33,607 nt of DNA from an uncultured Eubacteriales bacterium (GTDB lineage: Bacteria > Bacillota > Sulfobacillia > Fermentithermobacillales > Fermentithermobacillaceae). The translations under genes were made by a program, and so were the position numbers. Below the pieces are notes generated by a model. The model saw only the letters and a program-made list of their open reading frames with translations, ran no database searches and had not been told where the DNA came from. This document shows, piece by piece, positions 1 to 7,744 of the stretch. Location of the stretch: assembly GCA_964646835.1 (NCBI GenBank), contig CAZYFG010000001.1, forward strand, positions 1-33,607, written 5' to 3'. Positions within the stretch are counted from its first letter, which is position 1, and every line of letters begins with the position of its first letter.

Positions 1-2
1 TC

Positions 3-149
3 AGGGATACCGTGCGGATGCAGGTCGAACACTTGGCCAGGAAGCATATAGGAAAGGATCTGACCGGGCCGGCCTTCTGGCAGAGCGCCATTGACCTCGT
101 TCTCAGCGATTTGCCTGAGTTCCTGGCGATGACCGGAGACGGTAGGTAG
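3..149 (+). CDS. 3' end of an unidentified upstream CDS (last 48 codons, truncated by window edge)
   Basis: Frame 3 is open from the window edge: RDTVRMQVEHLARKHIGKDLTGPAFWQSAIDLVLSDLPEFLAMTGDGR, then TAG at 147-149. It is too short for the ORF track and I recognise no family. Confidence 0.3.
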   Translation, partial: RDTVRMQVEHLARKHIGKDLTGPAFWQSAIDLVLSDLPEFLAMTGDGR

Positions 150-186
150 GCTTGACGTCGTAGAGTAAGGACTTGTGGCAGATTGA

Positions 187-225
187 GCGGCGGGCCCTGT
201 GGATGCGCGGGGCCGCCGCTTCCGT
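187..225 (+). terminator. GC-rich hairpin downstream of the partial CDS (weak intrinsic terminator candidate)
   Basis: GCGGCGGGCCC (187-197) pairs with GGGGCCGCCGC (209-219) with one G.G mismatch and an 11-nt loop. The trailing T-tract is poor (TTCCGTT). Confidence 0.3.
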
Positions 226-229
226 TGGC

Positions 230-258
230 TTGCGTTCACTATCGTAAGCAGGTATAAT
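230..258 (+). promoter_or_regulatory. sigma-70-type promoter candidate for the tRNA cluster
   Basis: TTGCGT (230-235), 17-nt spacer, consensus TATAAT (253-258). It lies 128 nt upstream of tRNA-Tyr. Confidence 0.45.
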
Positions 259-385
259 GAATGATGCGGCTTCGGAAGCCGCGGTGTTCGCGGCGGTGTT
301 CGAGGGAGAAACCGAAACCTCGCCTGTCAGGAAAAACGGGTTGCATGAGTGGCCCAATGGTAGTAAGATAACACTTGCGTTTTGT

Positions 386-471
386 GGAGAGGTACCCAAG
401 CGGCCAAAGGGGACAGACTGTAAATCTGCTGGCAGACGCCTTCGCTGGTTCGAATCCAGCCCTCTCCACCA
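386..471 (+). tRNA. tRNA-Tyr (anticodon GTA), long variable arm, CCA encoded
   Basis: Acceptor GGAGAGG/CCTCTCC, anticodon loop CTGTAAA, variable stem GGC-AGAC-GCC, T-arm GCTGG-TTCGAAT-CCAGC, 3' ACCA. Confidence 0.93.
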
Positions 472-500
472 CCAACTTGACAGTGGGAATACAGTAGCGT

Positions 501-578
<78 letters not shown>

Positions 579-593
579 CGCCATCTACGTGGT

Positions 594-669
594 GCTCGCA
601 TAGCTCAGTCGGCAGAGCGCATCCTTGGTAAGGATGAGGTCACCAGTTCGATTCTGGTTGCGAGCTCCA
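594..669 (+). tRNA. tRNA-Thr (anticodon GGT), CCA encoded
   Basis: Acceptor GCTCGCA/TGCGAGC, D-arm GCTC-AGTCGGCA-GAGC, anticodon arm CATCC-TTGGTAA-GGATG, T-arm ACCAG-TTCGATT-CTGGT. Confidence 0.95.
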
Positions 670-671
670 TT

Positions 672-735
672 TTGTTATGGGGCGTTTCTCGTGTATAATG
701 GTGAATTGACACTGCTCGTTTTGCCGTGTTAGACT
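672..735 (+). promoter_or_regulatory. two tandem promoter candidates upstream of rpmG
   Basis: P1 is TTGTTA (672-677), 16-nt spacer, TATAAT (694-699). P2 is TTGACA (706-711), 18-nt spacer ending in TGt, TAGACT (730-735), i.e. an extended -10. Confidence 0.4.
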
Positions 736-774
736 CGTTTGCAGTGGTTTTTCCGGGATGGGAGGGGTTGGAAC

Positions 775-936
775 GTGGCCAAAGGACAGACTGACGTTGT
801 GACGTTGGCTTGCCAGGAATGCAAGCAGCGCAACTATACAACAATGAAGAACAAGAAGTCTCATTCCGGACGACTTGAGTTCAAGAAGTACTGCCGGTTC
901 TGCCGGACTCACACGACGCACCGGGAGACCAGATAG
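775..936 (+). CDS. rpmG: 50S ribosomal protein L33 (zinc-ribbon C+ form)
   Basis: [53 protein letters not shown], with CxxC...CxxC. The GTG at 775 lies 8 nt after GGGAGGGG. The ORF-track start at 739 (TTG) adds a non-homologous extension. Confidence 0.9.
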   Translation: MAKGQTDVVTLACQECKQRNYTTMKNKKSHSGRLEFKKYCRFCRTHTTHRETR

Positions 937-944
937 TCGCGCGC

Positions 945-1021
945 AGGCCCGTAGCTCCAATAGGTAGAGCGGCGGACTCCAAATCCGATGGTTGGGGGTT
1001 CAAATCCCTCCGGGCCTGCCA
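945..1021 (+). tRNA. tRNA-Trp (anticodon CCA), CCA encoded
   Basis: Acceptor AGGCCCG/CGGGCCT, D-arm GCTC-CAATAGGTA-GAGC, anticodon loop CTCCAAA, T-arm GGGGG-TTCAAAT-CCCTC. It sits in the classical position upstream of secE-nusG. Confidence 0.92.
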
Positions 1022-1051
1022 AAACCAGACCGGCGATTGGGTGGAAAAGAC

Positions 1052-1258
1052 ATGAAAAAGATTGCCAAGTTCTTCGGATCGTTGGCCACCTTCCTGCGGG
1101 AAACCCGTGCGGAACTGAGAAAGGTCGTTTGGCCTACCTGGCCGCAGGTCAGGGTTATCGCGACTGTTGTGTTGTTCACCATGATCGGTCTCGGCGCCAT
1201 ACTCTGGGGAACAGACGCCCTGGTGGCTTTCGGGCTTAGCGCCGTACTCGGCAGGTAG
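1052..1258 (+). CDS. secE: preprotein translocase subunit SecE
   Basis: MKKIAKFFGSLATFLRETRAELRKVVWPTWPQVRVIATVVLFTMIGLGAILW..., a single TM helix of 68 aa, in the position between tRNA-Trp and nusG. The ORF-track start at 992 overlaps the tRNA. Confidence 0.9.
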   Translation: MKKIAKFFGSLATFLRETRAELRKVVWPTWPQVRVIATVVLFTMIGLGAILWGTDALVAFGLSAVLGR

Positions 1259-1278
1259 GGGAGAGATAGTTTTAACCC

Positions 1279-1833
1279 ATGAGCACGAAGCTTGACTCGA
1301 CATCCTCGAAACCAGAGTGGTTCGTCGTCCACACGTACTCCGGATACGAGAACAAGGTAAGGGCGAATCTTGAGAAGCGTGTAGACAACATGAACATGAA
1401 GGACAAGATCTTCCAGGTCATTGTCCCTGAGGAAGAGGAAGTCGAGTACAAGGAAGGCAAGAAGAAAATCGTCAAAAGGAAAGTGTTTCCCGGCTATGTC
1501 GTTGTGAACATGATCATGAGCGACGATTCTTGGTACGTTGTGAGAAACACTCCTGGAGTCACGGGGTTCGTGGGACCGGGTTCCAAGCCCATCCCTCTGG
1601 AGGAGCAGGAGATTGAAAGCATCCTGAAGAGGGCCAGCGGGGAGGGCGCCCCGAGGATTCGCGTCCACTTCAGTCCAGGCCAGACCCTCCGCGTCAAGTC
1701 CGGTCCTTTCCAGGGGATGATGGGGCTGGTTCAGGATGTCATGGTAGACAGAGGGAAGCTCCGCATGCTACTCTCTATATTCGGTCGCGAGACTCCGGTC
1801 GAGTTCGATTTCAACCAGGTAGAGGAAGTGTAA
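1279..1833 (+). CDS. nusG: transcription termination/antitermination factor NusG
   Basis: [21 protein letters not shown], a C-terminal KOW ([13 protein letters not shown]), and conserved synteny. Confidence 0.96.
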   Translation: MSTKLDSTSSKPEWFVVHTYSGYENKVRANLEKRVDNMNMKDKIFQVIVPEEEEVEYKEGKKKIVKRKVFPGYVVVNMIMSDDSWYVVRNTPGVTGFVGPGSKPIPLEEQEIESILKRASGEGAPRIRVHFSPGQTLRVKSGPFQGMMGLVQDVMVDRGKLRMLLSIFGRETPVEFDFNQVEEV

Positions 1834-1837
1834 CCCC

Positions 1838-2266
1838 ATGGCGAAAAAGGTCAAAGCTCTCGTCAAAATCCAGTTGCCCGCAGGGAAGGCCACCCAGGGA
1901 CCGCCCGTGGGACCGGCGCTGGCTCCTCACGGCATAAACACACAGCTTTTCGTCAAGCAGTTCAACGACCGGACAGCCAAGGATGCCGGCAACATACTTC
2001 CCGTCGCGGTGACCGTTTTTGAAGACAGGTCATTTACCTTTGTCGTCAAGACCCCTTACGCAGCCGTCCTCCTTAAGAAGGCAGCGGGTATTGAGACCGC
2101 GTCGGGTGAACCCAACGTGAAGAAGGTCGGGAAGGTTACCCGGGACCAGGTACGGGAGATCGCCGAACTGAAGATGAGGGACCTCAATGCCGCCAGTCTC
2201 GAGGGAGCCATGAAGATCATTGAAGGCACTGCCCGCTCAATGGGCATCGAAGTAGTCGCCAAGTAA
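1838..2266 (+). CDS. rplK: 50S ribosomal protein L11
   Basis: [34 protein letters not shown]... is the canonical L11 N-terminus. Confidence 0.98.
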   Translation: MAKKVKALVKIQLPAGKATQGPPVGPALAPHGINTQLFVKQFNDRTAKDAGNILPVAVTVFEDRSFTFVVKTPYAAVLLKKAAGIETASGEPNVKKVGKVTRDQVREIAELKMRDLNAASLEGAMKIIEGTARSMGIEVVAK

Positions 2267-2325
2267 CCGTTTTCTATCAATGTGGGAGGACGTTGGTCCG
2301 CTAAGACCACAGGGAGGCAACGATA

Positions 2326-3027
2326 GTGAAGAGAGGCAAGAAGTATCAAGAGGCCGCTAAGCAGGTCGAAGCCGGCAAGATCTACGACCCCAAGGAAGCA
2401 TTCGAACTCATCGGCAAGATTGCCTACGCCAAGTTCGACGAAACCGTCGAAGCCGCGGTGAAGCTCGGAGTCGACCCCAGGCACGCAGACCAGATGGTGA
2501 GGGGCGCAGTCGTGTTGCCTCACGGTACCGGTCAGGAAGCCAAAGTCCTGGTGTTCGCGAGAGGCGACAAGGCCAAGGAAGCCAAAGACGCAGGCGCGGA
2601 CTTTGTGGGAGCCGAGGATTTGGCCGAGAAGATTCAGGGCGGTTGGCTCGAGTTTGACCGGGCTGTGGCTACCCCGGATATGATGGGAATCGTAGGACGG
2701 CTAGGGCGCATTCTCGGTCCCCGCGGGCTCATGCCGAACCCGAGGACCGGGACCGTGACCAACGATGTCGCTTCGGCAGTGAAAGAGATCAAGCAGGGTA
2801 AAGTCGAGTTTCGTACGGAGAAGACCGGCCTTATCCACGCCAGGATCGGCAAGGTTTCTTTCGGCCCGGAAAAGCTGGCCGACAACTTCGCCGCACTGAT
2901 AGAGGCCCTCTTGAGGGCGAAGCCCGCGGCAGCGCGTGGCCAGTACCTTAGAGGGGCCAGTGTGGCAAGCACCATGGGGCCGGGCATCCCGGTAAGCGCG
3001 ACGAAGGTGACGCGCGCCGAAGCATAA
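2326..3027 (+). CDS. rplA: 50S ribosomal protein L1
   Basis: GTG start 8 nt after [22 protein letters not shown]...[16 protein letters not shown]. Confidence 0.98.
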   Translation: MKRGKKYQEAAKQVEAGKIYDPKEAFELIGKIAYAKFDETVEAAVKLGVDPRHADQMVRGAVVLPHGTGQEAKVLVFARGDKAKEAKDAGADFVGAEDLAEKIQGGWLEFDRAVATPDMMGIVGRLGRILGPRGLMPNPRTGTVTNDVASAVKEIKQGKVEFRTEKTGLIHARIGKVSFGPEKLADNFAALIEALLRAKPAAARGQYLRGASVASTMGPGIPVSATKVTRAEA

Positions 3028-3029
3028 GA

Positions 3030-3257
3030 CAGCCACATAAGCAGTCTTTGACGAACGGAAAACTGAATATCGGGATTACCGAAGACAGCAGGTGTCAGTA
3101 GACGTAAAGGCGCCGGTACGCTGGTGCCGCCCGCCGAGGTATGGCTCCCGGATGACGGAACGCAATCCATGAGCGCTTAGTCATCATGAGGACCCACGCT
3201 TCGAGCGGGGGTCCTTTTCGATCTCGGTAGAAGCGAAGGCGCAAAGGGGGGAACAAG
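3030..3257 (+). promoter_or_regulatory. rplJ leader (L10-leader-type autoregulatory 5' UTR) with an attenuator hairpin
   Basis: A 228-nt non-coding gap lies directly upstream of rplJ, as in Firmicutes L10 leaders. There is a strong hairpin at 3189-3215 (AGGACCC-A-CGCT/AGCG-G-GGGTCCT) followed by TTTT. Motif identity was not verified with a covariance model. Confidence 0.5.
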
Positions 3258-3794
3258 TTGGAGAAGAAGCAGAGGCTTGAGAAGCAGAAGGCCCAGGAGA
3301 CGCTGAAGAACGCCATGGCCAGCGCCAAGAGCGTGGTGTTTGTGGACTTCCGGGGCGTGACGGTGGCCGACGACACCAAGTTGCGGCGCGCGTGCAGGGA
3401 CGCGAAAGTCCAGTACAAGGTCGCCAAGAACACCCTGTTGGGCCGGGCCATCGAGTCTTTGGGGTGGCCATCGCCGGGTTCCGTGTTGGAGGGTCCCACG
3501 GCCCTGGCCATGAGCGACGTTGATCCGACGACCGCTGCCAGAACAGTGGCAGGCATTATGAAGGATGTGCCCGCCCTCAAGATCAAGGGAGGAATGCTGG
3601 ACGGTCAGGTCCTCGACGTGGACAGAGTCATGTTCCTGGCAACCCTGCCGTCCAGGGAAGAGCTCCTGGCCAAAGTCGCCGGTGCGATCCAGAGCCCCTT
3701 GACCGGCCTAGCCGTAGTCCTGAACGGCACTCTGGCGAGTTTCGCAAGGGCGGTCGAGGCCCTTAGGGTCAAGAGGGAAGAGGCTGCAAGCTAG
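3258..3794 (+). CDS. rplJ: 50S ribosomal protein L10
   Basis: TTG start 6 nt after AAGGGGGG. VVFVDFRGVTVADDTKLRRACRDAKVQYKVAKNTL. Confidence 0.96.
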   Translation: MEKKQRLEKQKAQETLKNAMASAKSVVFVDFRGVTVADDTKLRRACRDAKVQYKVAKNTLLGRAIESLGWPSPGSVLEGPTALAMSDVDPTTAARTVAGIMKDVPALKIKGGMLDGQVLDVDRVMFLATLPSREELLAKVAGAIQSPLTGLAVVLNGTLASFARAVEALRVKREEAAS

Positions 3795-3841
3795 TTTGTC
3801 TCCGAGTCACCAGAAATCCAATGAAAGTCAGGTGTTAAGAA

Positions 3842-4225
3842 GTGTCTAAGGTTCAAGAGGTTCTTGAGCTCGTTAAGGGCATGACGGTCCTGGAACTCGC
3901 TGAGCTGGTCAAGAAGTTCGAATCCGAGTTTGGAGTCTCGGCTGCCGCGGCAGTGGTTGCGGCCCCCCAGGGTGCTGCTCCTGTAGCAGAAGCCGCGCCT
4001 GCGGAGGAAGAGAAGACAGAGTTTGACGTGATCCTGGTCGAAGCGGGCGCCAACAGGGTTTCGGTCATCAAGACCGTCCGCGAGCTTACCGGACTTGGCC
4101 TCAAGGAAGCCAAGGAACTCGTTGAGGCTGCTCCCAAGCCCATCAAGGAGAAAGTCACCAAGGAAGATGCCGCCAAAGCGAAGGAAGCTTTGGAGAAGGC
4201 CGGCGGAAAAGTCGAGGTCAAGTAA
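3842..4225 (+). CDS. rplL: 50S ribosomal protein L7/L12
   Basis: GTG start. Has the Ala-rich hinge and the C-terminal domain [35 protein letters not shown]. Confidence 0.98.
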   Translation: MSKVQEVLELVKGMTVLELAELVKKFESEFGVSAAAAVVAAPQGAAPVAEAAPAEEEKTEFDVILVEAGANRVSVIKTVRELTGLGLKEAKELVEAAPKPIKEKVTKEDAAKAKEALEKAGGKVEVK

Positions 4226-4249
4226 GCACCGGATTACTGGGCCAAGAAG

Positions 4250-4279
4250 AAGGGCAGGCGGGATGCCGCCTGCCCTTTA
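4250..4279 (+). terminator. intrinsic terminator after rplL
   Basis: GGGCAGGCGG (4252-4261), GATG loop, CCGCCTGCCC (4266-4275), then TTT. Confidence 0.7.
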
Positions 4280-4305
4280 CATATAGGTCCTTCGGAACAT
4301 ATATT
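4276..4305 (+). promoter_or_regulatory. promoter candidate for the asd operon
   Basis: TTTACA (4276-4281), 18-nt spacer, TATATT (4300-4305). The -35 overlaps the terminator T-tract. Confidence 0.4.
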
Positions 4306-4356
4306 GAGATATCATCGTCTTCTACGCTTATCCTTTGGGAAAGGTGATGAGCAAGG

Positions 4357-5364
4357 TTGCGCAGACTCGCTGTTGTGGGGGCCGGTGGTCTGGTTGGGAG
4401 GAGAGTTGTCAGGAATCTTGCAAAGTCGAACATCGAGGGTCTTGAGCTCACCCTCACGGGGCTTGGCAAGTCTGTAGGCAAGGGAGTCCCTTTCGGAGAC
4501 CGCGTGCTTACCGTGGGAAAGACAGATGTCGACGAACTCCGAACGATGGATGCGGTGATCCTCTGCACTCCAACCGGGGCCTCGATCGACTTGGTCCAAA
4601 AGATGAAAGGCGGTCCCGTCATACTGGACACATCCAGCGCGTTCCGAATGGATCCTTCAGTTCCGTTGGTGGTGCCGGAAGTCAATCCGGAGGCGGCTCT
4701 GGGGCATAACGGGCTTATCGCGGGACCGAACTGCTCTACCATTCAGTTGGTCATGGTCTTGAAACCCCTCCTCGACCGCTTCGGCCTTGAGCGGGTCCAT
4801 GTGTCAACCTATCAGGCTGTTTCCGGAGTGGGGTACCTTGCCGTGGAACAGCTCACCGATGAGTCCCGGGCAGTCCTTGAATCCAGGTCGCCCGAGGGCG
4901 GATATGAATCCCAATTCCCTCATCCAATGGGGTTCAACTTGATCCCCCAGGTAGACTCGTTCTTGCCGGACGGCTATACCAAAGAGGAAATGAAGATGGT
5001 GAACGAGACCAGGAAGATTCTAGAGGTGCCCGATCTCAGGATGTCCACAACGTGCGTCAGGGTGCCTGTCTTCATAGGGCATTCGGAAGCCTGTCTTGTT
5101 GAGACCAAGAAGCCTGCCGATTTGGATTCGGTCCGTGAGGCCCTGGCTGCTTCGCCGGGGATCGTCGTAAAGGACGATCCCTCAAACTCCGTGTACCCGA
5201 TGCCCATTGACGCCGCAGACACCGATGAGGTCTACGTCGGGCGGATACGCAAAGATCTCTCGTCGCCGAACGGGATCCTCATGTGGGTCGTGGCGGACAA
5301 TCTATATCGCGGCGCTGCGACAAACGCCGTGAACACATTCAGGCTCTTGGCCAAGAGCACTTAG
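4357..5364 (+). CDS. asd: aspartate-semialdehyde dehydrogenase
   Basis: TTG start 9 nt after AAGGTGA, with an in-frame stop at 4348 just upstream. VVGAGGLVG Rossmann motif and active-site GPNCSTIQL. Confidence 0.93.
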   Translation: MRRLAVVGAGGLVGRRVVRNLAKSNIEGLELTLTGLGKSVGKGVPFGDRVLTVGKTDVDELRTMDAVILCTPTGASIDLVQKMKGGPVILDTSSAFRMDPSVPLVVPEVNPEAALGHNGLIAGPNCSTIQLVMVLKPLLDRFGLERVHVSTYQAVSGVGYLAVEQLTDESRAVLESRSPEGGYESQFPHPMGFNLIPQVDSFLPDGYTKEEMKMVNETRKILEVPDLRMSTTCVRVPVFIGHSEACLVETKKPADLDSVREALAASPGIVVKDDPSNSVYPMPIDAADTDEVYVGRIRKDLSSPNGILMWVVADNLYRGAATNAVNTFRLLAKST

Positions 5365-5390
5365 TTACGGGGCTTCCGGAGGTGTGCGGG

Positions 5391-6611
5391 ATGATTGTTG
5401 TACAGAAGTTCGGCGGGACCAGCCTGGATTCGGAAGAAAAGCGTGATGCCGCCTGTGAGCGCATCAAAGATGCCCTGTCGGGAGGGTATAAGGTCTGCGC
5501 TGTCGTCTCGGCCATGGGACGTAAAGGTGAGCCCTACGCCACCGACACCCTCATTTCCCTTGCCAGGGGTATCTCCCGCGATGTTGCCGCAAGGGAGCTA
5601 GACCTTCTGGTCTCTTGTGGCGAGGTCATATCTGCAGTGCTCATGGTCCAAGAGCTCCGCAAGCGGGGGATTTCCGCAATGGCCCTGTCCGGCGGGCAGG
5701 CAGGGATTATCACCGATACCTGTTTCGGCAACGCAAACATACTCACGGTGAACCCGGCCCATGTACGGAGGCACCTTGACGAAGGAAAAGTCGTCGTCGT
5801 GGCCGGCTTCCAGGGACGCGCCGACTCGGGTGACATCACGACACTTGGGCGCGGGGGCAGCGACACGACGGCCACCGCTCTCGGTGCCGCCCTGGACGCA
5901 GCGTACGTTGAGATATACACGGATGTCCAGGGCATCATGACCGCGGACCCCCACGTAGTTGCCGGGGCAAAGACCATCCCTCTGGTGACCTATGAGGAAG
6001 TGTCGCAGCTCGCTTGGGAAGGGGCAAAGGTCATCCACCCGCGCGCAGTGGAGATCGCCCAGCGAGCCAAAGTCCCGGTGTGGATCAGGTCACTTCAGAA
6101 AGACAGCAGGAAGACTCTCCTTTCCGGCGGCGAGAAGCATGACAATCCATGGCGCACATGGGAGAGCGGCAAGCCCGTCACGGGGATCACTTACAGGGGC
6201 GACCTCTCTCAGGTAATAGTGAAGAACCCCGGAGGAGGCGACCTTCAGTCGGTTGAGGCTGTGTTTGCGGTACTCCGCGACAAGGCCTTGGACCTCATAA
6301 ACGTGTTCCCTGATCGCCTTTCGTTCGTGATTCCCAATGAGGATGTCGCCGAAGTGCGACGGCGGCTGGAAGGGCTTGACCTTGCGGTTCAGGTTCGGGC
6401 GGGTCAGGCCAAGGTGACCGTGGTAGGCTACGGAATGCACGGGCGTCCGGGAGTCATGGACACCGTTGTGGGTACCTTGTCCAGGAAAAAGATCCGTGTA
6501 CATGCCTCATCGGACTCCAACATCACAATATCATGCCTTATAGACCAAGAGTCTCTCATGGAGGCGGTGAACGCCCTCCACGAGGCTTTTCATCTGGCGG
6601 CACAGACCTAA
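5391..6611 (+). CDS. aspartate kinase (DapG/LysC type, about 406 aa)
   Basis: MIVVQKFGGTSL..., GRGGSDTTA, and C-terminal ACT-like repeats. ATG 5391 lies 7 nt after GGAGGTG. The ORF-track start at 5283 overlaps asd and is not homologous. Confidence 0.93.
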   Translation: MIVVQKFGGTSLDSEEKRDAACERIKDALSGGYKVCAVVSAMGRKGEPYATDTLISLARGISRDVAARELDLLVSCGEVISAVLMVQELRKRGISAMALSGGQAGIITDTCFGNANILTVNPAHVRRHLDEGKVVVVAGFQGRADSGDITTLGRGGSDTTATALGAALDAAYVEIYTDVQGIMTADPHVVAGAKTIPLVTYEEVSQLAWEGAKVIHPRAVEIAQRAKVPVWIRSLQKDSRKTLLSGGEKHDNPWRTWESGKPVTGITYRGDLSQVIVKNPGGGDLQSVEAVFAVLRDKALDLINVFPDRLSFVIPNEDVAEVRRRLEGLDLAVQVRAGQAKVTVVGYGMHGRPGVMDTVVGTLSRKKIRVHASSDSNITISCLIDQESLMEAVNALHEAFHLAAQT

Positions 6612-6631
6612 AATTGTTTGAGGTGAGATAA

Positions 6632-7540
6632 GTGAGACCTTCACCCTACGGAAGCGTTCTTGTCGCTCTCGTTACCCCGTTCCACGAGGACCTTTCAGTC
6701 AACTACCAGGTGGCGGCGTCCCTGGCTGCCCATCTTGCATCTCACGGCGCAGACGGAATAGTGGTCTCAGGAACTACAGGCGAATCACCCAACCTGACCT
6801 CCGAAGAGAAGCGGCGCCTGATTGAGGAAGTGCGGCGGTCGGTGGGGCCCGAAACCAGGGTTTGGGCGGGCACAAGCGGCTACAACACCAAAGAAAGTGT
6901 GGAAATGACCCGTTTGGCCGAGAAGTCCGGGGCAGACGGGATACTCGCGGTCACGCCCTATTACAACAAGCCCAGCCAGGAAGGTTTGTACCGGCACTTC
7001 GCGGCTCTGTCTGACGCTACAACCCTTCCTATTATGTTGTACAACGTTCCCGGACGGACGGGAGTGAACATGCTGCCCGATACCGTCCTTAGGCTTTCGG
7101 AGCGGGAGAACATCGTGGCCGTGAAAGAAGCCTCGGGCGTTATTGACCAGTCATCCCAGATTCTCGCGGCTTGTGGCGATGATTTCTATGTCTATTCCGG
7201 CGACGACAGCCTCACGCTGCCGATACTATCGGTAGGCGGCTCGGGCGTGGTATCTGTGGCCGCCCATCTCGTAGCGCAAGACCTAAGGGATATGGTAGAC
7301 TTGTGCCGTCAGGGTCGGTTGGCGGAAGCCCGGGACATTCATCTAAGGCTGTTCCGGCTCTTCAGGGTTCTGTTCATCACCACGAACCCGGTGCCCGTCA
7401 AGACGGCCCTTCAGATCTGCGGTTGGCAGACCGGGGGATTTAGGCTTCCACTGTGTCCGCCGTCTGCCAAGGAGAGAGACGAAATAGAGAGGGTACTCGT
7501 TGACCTGGGACTTGTCGGCGATCCCGAAGTTCGCTCCTGA
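6632..7540 (+). CDS. dapA: 4-hydroxy-tetrahydrodipicolinate synthase
   Basis: VALVTPF, SGTTGESPNLTSEEK, YNKPSQEG, and IVAVKEASG (Schiff-base Lys). Confidence 0.95.
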   Translation: MRPSPYGSVLVALVTPFHEDLSVNYQVAASLAAHLASHGADGIVVSGTTGESPNLTSEEKRRLIEEVRRSVGPETRVWAGTSGYNTKESVEMTRLAEKSGADGILAVTPYYNKPSQEGLYRHFAALSDATTLPIMLYNVPGRTGVNMLPDTVLRLSERENIVAVKEASGVIDQSSQILAACGDDFYVYSGDDSLTLPILSVGGSGVVSVAAHLVAQDLRDMVDLCRQGRLAEARDIHLRLFRLFRVLFITTNPVPVKTALQICGWQTGGFRLPLCPPSAKERDEIERVLVDLGLVGDPEVRS

Positions 7541-7568
7541 CAAAGGATCAGAAGCGATAAAATCCACA

Positions 7569-7605
7569 CACGCCTGTTGACGTACATCGACAGGCGTGAT
7601 AGCAT
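7569..7605 (+). promoter_or_regulatory. hairpin after dapA overlapping an extended -10 promoter candidate for rpoB
   Basis: A 9-bp stem CACGCCTGT (7569-7577)/ACAGGCGTG (7590-7598). TTGACG (7577-7582), 17-nt spacer ending in TGa, TAGCAT (7600-7605). A T-run follows at 7609-7613. Confidence 0.4.
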
Positions 7606-7744
7606 TGGTTTTTGTATGCAGCTTTTTCAGCCGGACCGGAATCAGTTTACGGAACTTCGGGTAGAATAGGGAAGTGATGGCAAGTTCCGTTTCCTACAGC
7701 GCACCGGCAATACTACTACTCTTACCCCCTAAGGAGTGAACTTC

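Noticed and set aside
2267-2325. The rplK-rplA spacer hairpin (GGTCCGCTAAGACC) as an L1 autoregulatory site.
   Set aside because: It is plausible by analogy, but I cannot demonstrate the 23S rRNA mimic from sequence alone, and the spacer is only 59 nt.
4226-4356. A lysine (L-box) riboswitch or T-box upstream of asd/aspartokinase.
   Set aside because: Only about 50 nt lie between the candidate promoter and the asd start, and there is a 26-nt gap before the aspartokinase gene. That is far too short for an L-box or T-box, and no conserved motif was seen.
5283-5390. A 5' extension of the aspartokinase ORF (start 5283), and likewise the rpsE ORF start at 29876 and the secE ORF start at 992.
   Set aside because: The extensions overlap the preceding gene or tRNA and are not homologous to the families. 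Internal starts with good RBS spacing fit the family N-termini.
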